Of a DNA stretch of 64,000 bases, positions 53,901 through 62,201 are shown piece by piece. Source of the stretch: Eubacteriales bacterium. GTDB taxonomy: Bacteria; Bacillota; Clostridia; Oscillospirales; JAAYXM01. Every line of letters begins with the position of its first letter. Position 1 is the first letter of the stretch. Position numbers and translations under genes: made by a program. Below the pieces are notes generated by a model, which was not told the DNA's origin, ran no database searches, and saw only the letters and a list, made by a program, of their open reading frames with translations. The stretch covers positions 2,024 through 66,023 of the forward strand of contig JAZQFJ010000045.1 in assembly GCA_045539475.1 (NCBI GenBank). Direction: 5' to 3'.

Positions 53901-56395
53901 GTCAACTCGGTTTCACAATGGCTGACCGTTCCGTTGAGGATGACGCAGGTCTTAATTGTTCCTACGCCTTCGGAAAGAGCGATGAACTCTCCCTTCTCGG
54001 CGTCGTACTTAATGATATCCTTATCTTCCTCCGCAATCTCATAGATGAACTGCGCCCCTGCAAAGTCAACCATACCGCCACCGTCAAGCTTTCCCGTTAC
54101 GGACTTGACGGTTACCGCTTCTCCCACACCTATTTCGTTCTCCGAAAGAGTTGTCGTTACCTGAATCTCTCTCGGCGTACCAACAAGGTTAATACTTCTG
54201 AGAATCGCATATTCCTGCACGGTATTTTTTCTGCTGTAGTGCTCTTTAACTATCATAAGATATTCTGCATATCCGGCGCTGTAGTCTAGTTCCTCTGATG
54301 CGACGAACTGTCCTGCAAAAGCGCGCCAGCCAACACCGCCGCTTGTGCCATACAAGTCAGCATCTCCCACAAGGTTCTCCGGTACGCAGTATGAACTGAG
54401 GTTGTTTGTTATGTCCGAGAAGGTCATATCTGAGGTATAGGGAAGCATATAAAGCTCCATACGTCCTGCGCTTGTATACTCACGACCTCTGACATCAACA
54501 TTATATTTTCCGGGTGCCGGAACCTTCACCTTATATGCAACCCAGTCTCCGTTACGACCGGAAAGATCTGTCCAGCTGGCATTTGCTCCGAGATATGTTC
54601 CCGATGAGTCAGGTCTTGTTAGCCTTGCGGCAACCATACCCCACGGACGGTCTGTTCCGTAATCGCGCATAGCATATGCTGAGAACTGCTCTTCCGTTAA
54701 TGGAGTTCCTTTTACAGCTCCTTCGATTGCTAGCCCCGGAGAAAAATCTTCATACACACCGCTGTAGAAGAAGTAGTCCTGATTTACTCCGGAAAGGGGC
54801 GCCGGCGGTAAAACATTGATTGTAACATCAACAGACTTTGTTACGCCATCAAGTGTTCCGCTTACCGTTAGCGTCGCTTCACCCTCGGCAATGGCATAGA
54901 TTTCTCCATCGCTTGGCTCAATAAGGGCGCCATTCTCATTGTCTGTAACTTCTACCGTAAACGAGCCCTTCACATCGGTGGTTTCCTCGTCATTTACAAA
55001 CCATTTTATTTCAGGCGAAAGCTTGTCGCCTACGCACACCTCACCAAAATCCGCTTCGATTGCCGTAAGCTCGGGCGGTGCGATGTACGGTGTGAGAGTG
55101 AGTCCTTTTGTTTTAAAATATGTTGCCCAGCCATGAGTTGATGCCCCGGCTCCCTGAACAAGGCTTATAATGACATAATATTCTCCCGAATCGAGATAAA
55201 CATTGTCGTATTCACCTTGTACATTTACAGAGCTTCCGCTTGCTACCCAACCATCCTGAGAAGCAACGAGCTTCACGCCTGAGTCTGCAAAAATCTCCGG
55301 AAGATTCAGTGTTGCTGATTTCATTGTCCATTTGCTGTCCGCATAGGAAACGGGAACAAAATAAACATTGAGCTTTCCGTACTGTGCATACGTTGCATAT
55401 ACCATAGACGGTGTATATGTGCCCGAATTTTCAACTTTTGCCTTTAAAATGACCGCGTTATTATTTTCTCCAAGGGTAGTAGATACCGCACGGAAAGTCG
55501 TACCGTGGTCTTTTTCAGCATACATCAGCTGGGCATCCATGCCTATCTTGCTGTAATACATCCATTCGCCCGTCGATACCTTTTTATTGAGAGCGGCATA
55601 AGCGGTCATAGTAGTCATATCCACACTGCCGCTTGTATAACCCGCCTTTGCCTCTGCATTGAAGGAATATACAATGGGTGCTGATGCATCCGGTGCTATG
55701 TAAGGAGTGAGAGTAAATCCCTTTGTTCTGAAATAAGCATTTGATGCGTGTGAAGACTCTCCACTTCCTTCAAAAAGGCTTATAAGAACATAGTATTCTC
55801 CCGACTCCAGATGAACTCTATCATATTCACCTACTATATTTGCAGAACTTCCGCTTTTCACCCATCCATCCTGTGAAGCAACGAGCTTTACTCCGGAATC
55901 TGCAAACACTTCCGCAAGATTCAAGTCCGATGCACTCATTGTCCACTTGCTGTCTGCATAGGATACAGGAACAAAATAAATGTTGAGTTTACCATACTGA
56001 GCGTATGTTGTATAAACCATAGACGGAGTATATGTTCCCGAATTTTCAACCTTTGCCTTCAGTATAAATGCATTGTTTCCGAGGTTTGTTTTTGCAGCTC
56101 TGAAGGTCGTACCACCATCTTTATCTGCGTACATCATGTATCCGTCCATTCTGTGGCAAATGCCCGAATACATCCATGCACCCGTTGATATTGTACTGTC
56201 AAGCTGAGTATAATTCTTCATAAGTCGCATATCGACATTGGCAGCACTTGTATTTCCCGCCACTGCTTCTGCAATGAAGGAATACACAATAGGTGCAAGC
56301 TCCTCGCTGTCTTCCGCTCCGGCTGTCAGCACAACGCCCGGCAAAAGACCGATAAGCATTGAGAGCGCAAGAATAACAGATAATATTCTTTTCAT
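47945..56395 (-). CDS. Giant (2816-aa) SLH-anchored surface enzyme. Contains tandem N-terminal modules, Ig-like domains, an alginate-lyase/heparinase II/III-like core with a Cys4 motif, a Gly-rich linker and three SLH domains.
   Basis: Signal peptide MKRILSVILALSMLIGLLPGVVLTAGA. Heparinase II/III-like block MHGHRDTLNLFADAYGLNIAPDIGY...TISHNTVVVDENEQ. CRYCG...CPDCKRLFPSNDFG. A GGGGGGGGGG linker, then three repeats of the type FTDLSNHAWAESAINYLAEDGIIKG. AAGGAGG RBS before ATG 56395. Confidence 0.85.
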   Translation of the reverse strand: MKRILSVILALSMLIGLLPGVVLTAGAEDSEELAPIVYSFIAEAVAGNTSAANVDMRLMKNYTQLDSTISTGAWMYSGICHRMDGYMMYADKDGGTTFRAAKTNLGNNAFILKAKVENSGTYTPSMVYTTYAQYGKLNIYFVPVSYADSKWTMSASDLNLAEVFADSGVKLVASQDGWVKSGSSANIVGEYDRVHLESGEYYVLISLFEGSGESSHASNAYFRTKGFTLTPYIAPDASAPIVYSFNAEAKAGYTSGSVDMTTMTAYAALNKKVSTGEWMYYSKIGMDAQLMYAEKDHGTTFRAVSTTLGENNNAVILKAKVENSGTYTPSMVYATYAQYGKLNVYFVPVSYADSKWTMKSATLNLPEIFADSGVKLVASQDGWVASGSSVNVQGEYDNVYLDSGEYYVIISLVQGAGASTHGWATYFKTKGLTLTPYIAPPELTAIEADFGEVCVGDKLSPEIKWFVNDEETTDVKGSFTVEVTDNENGALIEPSDGEIYAIAEGEATLTVSGTLDGVTKSVDVTINVLPPAPLSGVNQDYFFYSGVYEDFSPGLAIEGAVKGTPLTEEQFSAYAMRDYGTDRPWGMVAARLTRPDSSGTYLGANASWTDLSGRNGDWVAYKVKVPAPGKYNVDVRGREYTSAGRMELYMLPYTSDMTFSDITNNLSSYCVPENLVGDADLYGTSGGVGWRAFAGQFVASEELDYSAGYAEYLMIVKEHYSRKNTVQEYAILRSINLVGTPREIQVTTTLSENEIGVGEAVTVKSVTGKLDGGGMVDFAGAQFIYEIAEEDKDIIKYDAEKGEFIALSEGVGTIKTCVILNGTVSHCETELTVDNDYKIAKTYLYTNNRIMLGEELLFTTGYELVNRKVLPGGTIESLEIQNQSEDGVATLTEDGVRAAKAGTFEVKAKINIRGNIIESVPEKIVVFSEDVPPSSVVAINFNQGAYPADNYSRVNDIKSYTDFRPWIFHSVENIDPRYPDILLNGPKTSAQIVWQGTNLYNSYVAFKVKFPKTSTYLAEGDMFRSRWRNAALDLYVMPATEEFENNILKYAVPTSEYYVGTADFYSEVEDNDGCVKPFGIKEITEGEHLVVYRVSESGEAKAGGDAAYMNSFTFADENALGSAEIVTESGSDVLGLGETVNTTLKLKTVKGEDIGYADGDITAVVYKSENPDIATVDENGAITGISEGKAKITATVTYDGITKKAEFTVSVSDNSGIAENGIKITAPESIYVYGGSKLGVSARMNSGNILTVPGEFITWELVEGSEYVELSEDGSVYGIGVGTAVISATVSADYKNGAAEGIVIKPLALQVTWDATVDPTIYTLEERENAKKNAQRYSWARDEVKAVKSEAEKYVEKLDLLYELVVSEGLPRFYHIGHKYDPLQNFCRYCGADIGTKYNAVFDTDPINRPWKVQCPDCKRLFPSNDFGSFYKLGLADDGTFSIDRALQKHHEKFVCEDVKAGNECSHIGKFPSYTTKTPGTAEWTAELDAWNEARESQEWKDHYGYNVKGGYLTNDLYPELDTKLGIAGWGVDDGFGYKMPYISIEKAKEIVGEGGDVTKVPGYDPRYYDNEGYAWYTDGAYKGPVQYTYIGYFIHNGLWYAGDEIIRKAINSLATAFVYTGEAKYGRAGAILLDRVADFFPGYDWFQWHTWRGDDYYGTIVDPVWSTFMTYDFAMAYDAFKPIYNDPAVIEYLSERAPQYEKDEFGNWVKDESGELIPVNLKDSPGAVRKNVEENLILKIFERTKYGKNWGNFGMHQKSVAAAAVSLNRAPESIEMIDWIFAPGPVAGTSGINTGKIPRTIPAAGGMFMGSLIGDIDRDGNGKENSPGYNRELITHFQGVAELLRGFELYPQADLYENPKFTKMFAAQIRLLLGGYYTSHTGDFGAIGGTGLAVVEDDILLAYKNTKQPILAQALYFLHETRGIELRGSILDDDPEQLTKDIEEVIETEGKLALPSDMLAGYGFAALRAGGEHDSASTSSYNNTHRDFAIYFGKNDMHGHRDTLNLFADAYGLNIAPDIGYPEQTGQQPNRVQWVSTTISHNTVVVDENEQETIKATQTPIHFDDSGRVKLMDISADVYSNTEEYRRSVVMVDVDDEISYGVDFFHIKGGDDHLYSFHSQSDEHTAISGLGDMEATPMYTDDKGNLYGTYAGPDVKYGPDPGGAGSEVYPKGYTWLRDVRTYNSVEKDFTVEFNVKDWKKVMDKKRDVRLRVTMLNDSPVSEVSFAKALPPQNKSNAHAGNLEYMLVRNRGTNLDTVFTTVFEPYDVTNKYIEKIEKVPMVREEDSKPGVLDAYSAVKVTLKNGRVDYIMYSTNNSVDYVIEDKINFRGFAGVISFDKEGKIIHSYLNDGEVLKLVGDTETEEAIAAYTGKVQSFTEDLSKENYIVYKPDNEIALNDTKAANEALAGKFVYVENDGVRNGAYRIESASVEDGNIKLNIGDVSLIRSYVDVNNTARGYVYNIDEGQTLRIPVSSIYDSAPNVVQPKNYTTSAGSSISIPISAYSPAGRAIWAVGTSLPRGATVSANDMTVTWKPDSSQVGDNHFAITVTDGITETTVHFTVTVYGSTTSKPSADDNQSTDNSGSTDDTTTPSGGGGGGGGGGDAAPTDKQEAPDGTENGETADDANTAPDASGETDTIRFTDLSNHAWAESAINYLAEDGIIKGTSASTFSPSANITRADFALLLVRAFKLASDNTENFADVNENDYFASELAIARNAGIVNGIGDNKYAPRNTITRQDMMVIVYRALYSMEKITAAEDEPQAADFNEVADYAKEAVSALVKAELVNGKNGLIDPLANTTRAEVAVLIKRILDYIA
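55085..55681 (-). repeat. Module copy B in the giant protein
   Basis: APIVYSFNAEAK...ILKAKVENSGTYTPSMVYATYAQYGKLNVYFVPVSYADSKWTM...GEYYVIISLVQG...LTLTPY. Confidence 0.85.
55700..56296 (-). repeat. Module copy A (~200 aa) in the giant protein
   Basis: APIVYSFIAEAV...ILKAKVENSGTYTPSMVYTTYAQYGKLNIYFVPVSYADSKWTM...GEYYVLISLFEG...TLTPY. Repeated at 55085-55681 and 58216-58806. Confidence 0.85.
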
Positions 56396-56466
56396 TTTTT
56401 CCTCCTTGTGGAAATGTGTAAGGGGCAAGCAAGCCTCCCTCCGTGTGTGAAGGGAGGCTTGTTTTT

Positions 56467-59400
56467 TTAGTCGCTGTATACTACTTTGTATTCACTGCCA
56501 TCCTGATAAATCATATATCCGCGTGCTGCTGTCTGCGTGCTGTTTGCAGGCTTTGCGGTAAACTGACCGTGGCCGGTAGTTCCGCCCTTTTCCTGTGAAA
56601 CTGCCTTATATTCGCAGCTGTCAACCGTTCCGCCTTCGCTGCCACCAAAGAGTATACCGACTTCGACAATTGTCTTTCCGCCTGCATCGTATTCTATCAT
56701 GTATGCATTTGTGCCGGTTGAGTCTGTCTTGACCGCCTTGTCAAGCACAACAAGCGGCTGTGCCGTGCCTTCAACATAAGTAATTTTTTCTACGTTGTCC
56801 CATACATAATATTCGTATGTTGTGCCGAAGCCTACGCGTACATCGTCACGATACCAGACAACAGAATCCTTATCATTGTAGGTTCTTGTAATCTTTGTGT
56901 CGTATTTGAGATCTTCTACACCGTCAACGGTAAATCTGTCGCCTGTGTCTTCGAACACCGCAACTGCACGGGTAACCGGTGCTGTAAGAACTGTTTCGGA
57001 AAGTTTTGTATCCTTTGCCGTGAACCAGTCAAGGAACTTAAATCCCGTAAGGCTCGGTGCGGCAGGAGCCTCTACTTTATCGTCAACAACATTGACAGTT
57101 GTAATATATTCGCGGTTTCCGTTGAAGAACTCAACTATCTTTGCATCCTCTTCTACATTCGGTGTGTAAACCGCTGTAAGGTAAGTGTTTGTGATAAGCT
57201 TATAGGTAAAGCTTGGCTCTGTTGAAACAAGCTCACCTTGTTCTTCCGTTCCGCGTACCCAACGGCGGAAGGTATAACCTTCTATCTCCGGAGCTTCGAT
57301 TTCAACCTCGTCGCCGCGTCTGTACTGACTACCCTCAACCGTAATTTCCTTGTTGACATTGTCTGTAAGCGCAAGGGAAACATACTGATTTTCTACGTCT
57401 TCGCTGAGCGCCGACACCCAATCAAGCTCAAGGCTCTCTAACATTGCAAAAGCTTTGCCCTCGGAATCGTTACCGTTTCCTAACTCGGATATGAGGACGA
57501 TAACGTAATATTCATCATCAGAAAGCTTAATGGGGTTTCCAGATTTCTTCTCGTCCGAGGTGCTCATATCTGCAGAAACAACGAGCTTTACACCGGCGGT
57601 GTCAGCAGCAATATCCGCCAAGTTTGTACCATTCGCCATTGACCATCTTGCATTGGCATACGCAGCAGGTACGATGTATGTGTTTACGATTGAATTGTTG
57701 GTTCTTGCATCCCAAGTCACAGCCGGTGTGTATATGCCGGGGTTTTCAACGGGAATTTTCAGAACATATCCGCCGTTTCCGATATATGTGCCATTAACTC
57801 TGAAATTCAATCCGTAATCAGTCACACTGCCTGTCTCGATGTTCGTTTTGCACATATATCTCCACGGAGCGGAAACTGCTGAATCAATATTTGTATATCT
57901 CATAAGCTCTAATAATGTTCCGTCGGTGGCTTGCTTTGTGAATACATACTTTACATCTCTTGAAACGGTTATATCAATAGTGCTTGTAAATTCAACACCG
58001 CATGAGGATGCCGTTACCTGAATGGTTGCTGTGCCTTCTTCAACGCCGGTGACAACACCGCTGTTATCTACTGTTGCAACGGAAGGGGCAAGGCTCTTAT
58101 ATGTAACACTGCTTGTAGGAGCAGTATTTCCTGCCTCATTCTTAAGAGCCACAGAAACAGTTGCCGTCTCGCGGACTTTTACGGTATCCTTAGAAGCTGT
58201 GAGAGCAACCGCGGACTGAGGTGTGAGAGTAAGACCTTTTGTTTTGAAATAAGCATTTGACACGTGAGTTGATACCCCATTTCCTTCAAAAAGGCTTATA
58301 AGAACATAATATTCTCCCGAACCGAGATACACATCGCCGTATTCACCTGTTATATTCGCAGTGCTTCCACTACTTACCCAACCGTTCTGGGAAGCGACAA
58401 GCTTTACCCCCTCGTCACCGAACACCTCTGCAAGATTTAAGTTTGTATCGCTCATTGTCCATTTGCTGTCCGCATAGGAAACAGGAACAAAGTAAATATT
58501 CAATTTTCCGTACTGAGAATACGTCGTGTAAACCATAGACGGCGTATATGTTCCCGAATTTTCAACCTTTGCCTTTAAGATAAACGCGTTATTTCCGAGA
58601 TTGCCCTTTGCAGCACGGAAGGTTGCACCACCATCTGCATCAGGATACATTGTATATCCGTCCATTCTGTGACAGAAACCCGAGTACATCCATGCACCTG
58701 TTGAAATGCTGCTGTCAAGCTGAGTATAATCTTTCATAAATCTCATATCCTGACTGGCAACACCAGCCTTTACTGCCTCTGCAACAAAAGAATATACAAC
58801 AGGTGCAGCTTCAACTGCATCCTCAGATGTGAGAGTAAGCTTTGTAAGCATACCCCAGATGTTGCTGGCATCTTCCGTTCCGGGGGACGGGTCAGTAGTG
58901 CTGTCGCTTGCAACTACAAACATATAATAATCTCCGGCAAAGAGATATACATTTTCTGCAAGCTCATCATCAGCCCCCGTTGCATTGTAACATGCATCGT
59001 AAGAAGCGATATGCTTTACAGAAGCTGCAGGATCATTCATTGACGATACTGCTATTGCTGCCTGAATGCCGCCGATTGTCGCTACATTCCAGCCCTTTGC
59101 TGTCACAACATCCTTGCTTACAAGATATATATCAGTCCACTCATTGTTGTAATAGTTTTTATAGCCCGAAACCGACGCAGTATATGATCCGGATGCCGGA
59201 ACATTTATGGTAAATACCACTGCATTGTTATTAGGAGTTATCCCGGCGCGAGCGGTCTTGAAGTAGAGACCGTTATCCTGGAATGGGGCATTGTCTACGT
59301 TTATCAGGCGCTCAAACTTCCAGTAGTTTGACTTTTCTTCGTTAACGGTATAATTGTTGACATCTGAGTATTTTACAGTATCCGTGCCGTGAGGCGTACC

Positions 59401-59544
59401 GTCAGGCTCTAAAAGAGCTGTGCATCTAAAATCATACTCGAGAGTGGTTGTGGTCGCCTCACCCTCTGCCGCAAATACCGTCGGAAGCATACCTCCTATC
59501 ATGCATATTGTGAGTAGAAATGCTAAAAGTCTTTTGCTTTTCAT
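56467..59544 (-). CDS. Secreted 1025-aa protein made of three module copies, an Ig-like domain and C-terminal Listeria/Bacteroides-type repeats
   Basis: Signal peptide MKSKRLLAFLLTICMIGGMLPTVFA. AAGGAGGAG RBS before ATG 59544. Motifs GYTFRRWVRG...LTAVY and GFKFLDWFTAKD. Confidence 0.85.
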   Translation of the reverse strand: MKSKRLLAFLLTICMIGGMLPTVFAAEGEATTTTLEYDFRCTALLEPDGTPHGTDTVKYSDVNNYTVNEEKSNYWKFERLINVDNAPFQDNGLYFKTARAGITPNNNAVVFTINVPASGSYTASVSGYKNYYNNEWTDIYLVSKDVVTAKGWNVATIGGIQAAIAVSSMNDPAASVKHIASYDACYNATGADDELAENVYLFAGDYYMFVVASDSTTDPSPGTEDASNIWGMLTKLTLTSEDAVEAAPVVYSFVAEAVKAGVASQDMRFMKDYTQLDSSISTGAWMYSGFCHRMDGYTMYPDADGGATFRAAKGNLGNNAFILKAKVENSGTYTPSMVYTTYSQYGKLNIYFVPVSYADSKWTMSDTNLNLAEVFGDEGVKLVASQNGWVSSGSTANITGEYGDVYLGSGEYYVLISLFEGNGVSTHVSNAYFKTKGLTLTPQSAVALTASKDTVKVRETATVSVALKNEAGNTAPTSSVTYKSLAPSVATVDNSGVVTGVEEGTATIQVTASSCGVEFTSTIDITVSRDVKYVFTKQATDGTLLELMRYTNIDSAVSAPWRYMCKTNIETGSVTDYGLNFRVNGTYIGNGGYVLKIPVENPGIYTPAVTWDARTNNSIVNTYIVPAAYANARWSMANGTNLADIAADTAGVKLVVSADMSTSDEKKSGNPIKLSDDEYYVIVLISELGNGNDSEGKAFAMLESLELDWVSALSEDVENQYVSLALTDNVNKEITVEGSQYRRGDEVEIEAPEIEGYTFRRWVRGTEEQGELVSTEPSFTYKLITNTYLTAVYTPNVEEDAKIVEFFNGNREYITTVNVVDDKVEAPAAPSLTGFKFLDWFTAKDTKLSETVLTAPVTRAVAVFEDTGDRFTVDGVEDLKYDTKITRTYNDKDSVVWYRDDVRVGFGTTYEYYVWDNVEKITYVEGTAQPLVVLDKAVKTDSTGTNAYMIEYDAGGKTIVEVGILFGGSEGGTVDSCEYKAVSQEKGGTTGHGQFTAKPANSTQTAARGYMIYQDGSEYKVVYSD
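58216..58806 (-). repeat. Module copy C (in the 1025-aa protein), closest to copy A
   Basis: APVVYSFVAEAV...ILKAKVENSGTYTPSMVYTTYSQYGKLNIYFVPVSYADSKWTM...GEYYVLISLFEG...LTLTPQ. Long nucleotide identities to 55700-56296 are visible. Confidence 0.85.
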
Positions 59545-59780
59545 TTTAAACTCCTCCTTGTAATTTAAAGGCATAATTGCCCTTTGATACAATAATACTA
59601 TTTTTCTTGTGCCCATTCAACCGATACCCTTTACACATCGGGCAAATATAATCTTTGACACTTCCGAAAACATATGCCGTACCCCAAGCGAAAAGCCCGG
59701 GGTATAGCAAATGTTTTACGAAAAGGTCAAGGTGCAAACAAACGCAGAAACTATCGAAAAACAATAAATAAATATTTATT

Positions 59781-61157
59781 TTACAGGTTGAATTTTTCTT
59801 TTGCTGCGGCTAATGCCAAATCGAATGTTGCCATCATTTCGTCAACATTTTCCTTTGTGAATACAATGGGAGGTGCAACAACGATTAAATCGTCATTGTT
59901 TCTCATAATAAGTCCGTGGTCATAGCAGAAATCGTTAATAAATGTACCAACATGATAATCGGGATTAAGCGGAACAAGCTCATCTCCCTTGGTGTATGCA
60001 AGCTCAATACAGAGCATAAGCCCAAGCCCCTCATATCCGGATACAAAGTTGTATTTAGCCATGAGCTTTTCTATTCCTTCTTTTATGTAAGCGCTGAGCA
60101 TATTACATCTTTCAACAAGCTTGTTTTCCTCTATATAATCAAGAGTTGCGATAGCTGCTGCGCATGCAAGGTTGTGAGCACCGAAGGTGTTACCGCTTAC
60201 GAACTCGTTGCCCGGCTTTTCGCGGAAAGAATCCATGATTTTCTGCTTCATTGCGCACATACCCATCGGCATCATACCGTTAGTAAGAGATTTTGCAGTA
60301 GTTAAAATATCGGGAGTTACACCATAAAGCTCGGACACGAACATAGCACCGCTCTTTGCAATACCGACCTGAACTTCATCGAAAATGAGAAGAATTCCAT
60401 ATTCGTCGCAAAGCTCTCTTACCTTCTGCAAATAGCCATCAGGAGGAACGGGATAGCCTGAATTGGAGCCGGGAAGCGGATCCATTATAAGGCAGGAAAT
60501 TGTCTCAGGGTCATTGTCGATAATTGTCTGACGCAAAGACTCGATACAATCCATATTGCAGGTTGCCTTTTTCTTTCCCAGATGGCAGTGCTTGCAGTTA
60601 GCACCGAAGGTTCTTATAACAAACGGATTTACCATCGGCTCATAATTTTTTCTGAAGTAATCAAGGCAGGTAAGAGACATGGTTGTAACGGTTGTTCCGT
60701 GGTAGGAAGCCTGTCTTGCTATTACCTTATACCTCTTATCGTCCCCTCTGTTTACGTGGTAGGAACGAGCCATCTTGACTGCTGCATCGTTAGCTTCCGA
60801 ACCGCTTGATACAAAGAAGTAAGAAGAAAGACCCTCAGGCATAATCTTATCAAGTCTCTTTGCAAGCTCAATTGCGGGCATGCAATAGTCATCACCGAAG
60901 TTAGGGAAGAAATCTATCTTCTTAAACTGTTCGTTCATTGCATCCATAATAGCCTGGTTATTGTGTCCGCAAATAGTTGTTAAAAGCGAACCAAAGGTGT
61001 CAAGATAACGAGTTCCGTGAATGTCATAAACATAAACGCCTTCGCTTCTGTCATAAATTTTGGGGTGCTTGTCAATATCAGCATTTACCGCATAGTGAGT
61101 ACAAACGTGCTTCGCCGCATACTCTTTTATTTCTTTGATTTCCTTATCTGTATACAT
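59781..61157 (-). CDS. Class-III (omega) pyridoxal-phosphate aminotransferase
   Basis: SGSEANDAAVKMAR, DEVQVGIAKSG, and DILTTAKSLTNG (PLP lysine). AGGAGG RBS. Confidence 0.85.
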   Translation of the reverse strand: MYTDKEIKEIKEYAAKHVCTHYAVNADIDKHPKIYDRSEGVYVYDIHGTRYLDTFGSLLTTICGHNNQAIMDAMNEQFKKIDFFPNFGDDYCMPAIELAKRLDKIMPEGLSSYFFVSSGSEANDAAVKMARSYHVNRGDDKRYKVIARQASYHGTTVTTMSLTCLDYFRKNYEPMVNPFVIRTFGANCKHCHLGKKKATCNMDCIESLRQTIIDNDPETISCLIMDPLPGSNSGYPVPPDGYLQKVRELCDEYGILLIFDEVQVGIAKSGAMFVSELYGVTPDILTTAKSLTNGMMPMGMCAMKQKIMDSFREKPGNEFVSGNTFGAHNLACAAAIATLDYIEENKLVERCNMLSAYIKEGIEKLMAKYNFVSGYEGLGLMLCIELAYTKGDELVPLNPDYHVGTFINDFCYDHGLIMRNNDDLIVVAPPIVFTKENVDEMMATFDLALAAAKEKFNL

Positions 61158-61178
61158 AATTTGCCTCCTAAATATAAA

Positions 61179-62201
61179 TTATTTCAAAATACCCATTCTG
61201 GACTCGATGTACGAGATGCTGTCAAGCACCCAGCCTGAGAAGCAAGCTGCGTGGTCGATATAAATAAGCAGAATATCCGGCTCATCGTCATACCAGAGGC
61301 CGCCTGCATACTTACCGTCCTTATCCTTAACCTTAACCTGTGTTTCCACAACAAAGTCGATAAACTTAACTGCTGCTTCCATAGCTCTTTCATCGCCTGT
61401 AAAGGAGTAGTACATAGCGCAGCCGAGTGCTGCTTTTCCGCTTCCCCAGTAGCTCCATGTGTCTTCTGCACAGGTAAACAAAAATTCCATATAACGCTTT
61501 GTATATCCAAGATATTTTTCATCCTTGGTAATCTGATACAAGCGATTCATAAGAATCATGGCAAAACCACATTCCCAATAGCACTGCTTAAGCTTTTTAT
61601 TATCAATGAATTCGCCGCCGTCAGCCTCTAATGCGAGCTTACCGTCTGGTGTGGTCATAAAATAAAATCTGTTCTTATCCGGCTGAGCTTCCAAAACGTT
61701 GATGCACCATTCAGCACACTTTAATGCTGTCTCCATATCGTTAAAATACAGGGCTGTTGTTCCAAACCATGCAGTTGTCATCATTCGCGCATTGGGCATT
61801 CCCTTCTGTAACGGGAAACCGCCGCAAGGCATCGCCAAAGTTTTTGTGAAATTATATACAGGATAAGACACATCAAAACGACCTAAACGGTGCGCACCCT
61901 GACAGGTCCATGCGTGCTTGTAAACATCCACGTTGTTTTCAGTATCATTTATATCCTCGGTTAAAATCAAAGAGCCATCAGGACGAAGACGATTATCTCT
62001 GATCCAGGTTAAAAGGCGATGAGCCTCTTCGTTGTTACCGACAAGATTCCATGAATAAGCCTGCTTATGGAAAGCATCGGGAACGTAACCATCCCATATG
62101 TATCCGCCATCCTCCTGCAAGAAGCCAAGCTGAAAGTCAACAGCTTTTCTTATAGCCTTGCGGCCTGCTTCGAATTTAATTTGTAATTCCGCTTTGTTCA
62201 T
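61179..62201 (-). CDS. Hypothetical 340-aa cytoplasmic protein, Trp/Tyr-rich (possibly alpha/alpha-toroid fold)
   Basis: ORF track. AAGGAGG RBS before ATG 62201 (MNKAELQIKF). The fold guess rests on composition only. Confidence 0.6.
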   Translation of the reverse strand: MNKAELQIKFEAGRKAIRKAVDFQLGFLQEDGGYIWDGYVPDAFHKQAYSWNLVGNNEEAHRLLTWIRDNRLRPDGSLILTEDINDTENNVDVYKHAWTCQGAHRLGRFDVSYPVYNFTKTLAMPCGGFPLQKGMPNARMMTTAWFGTTALYFNDMETALKCAEWCINVLEAQPDKNRFYFMTTPDGKLALEADGGEFIDNKKLKQCYWECGFAMILMNRLYQITKDEKYLGYTKRYMEFLFTCAEDTWSYWGSGKAALGCAMYYSFTGDERAMEAAVKFIDFVVETQVKVKDKDGKYAGGLWYDDEPDILLIYIDHAACFSGWVLDSISYIESRMGILK

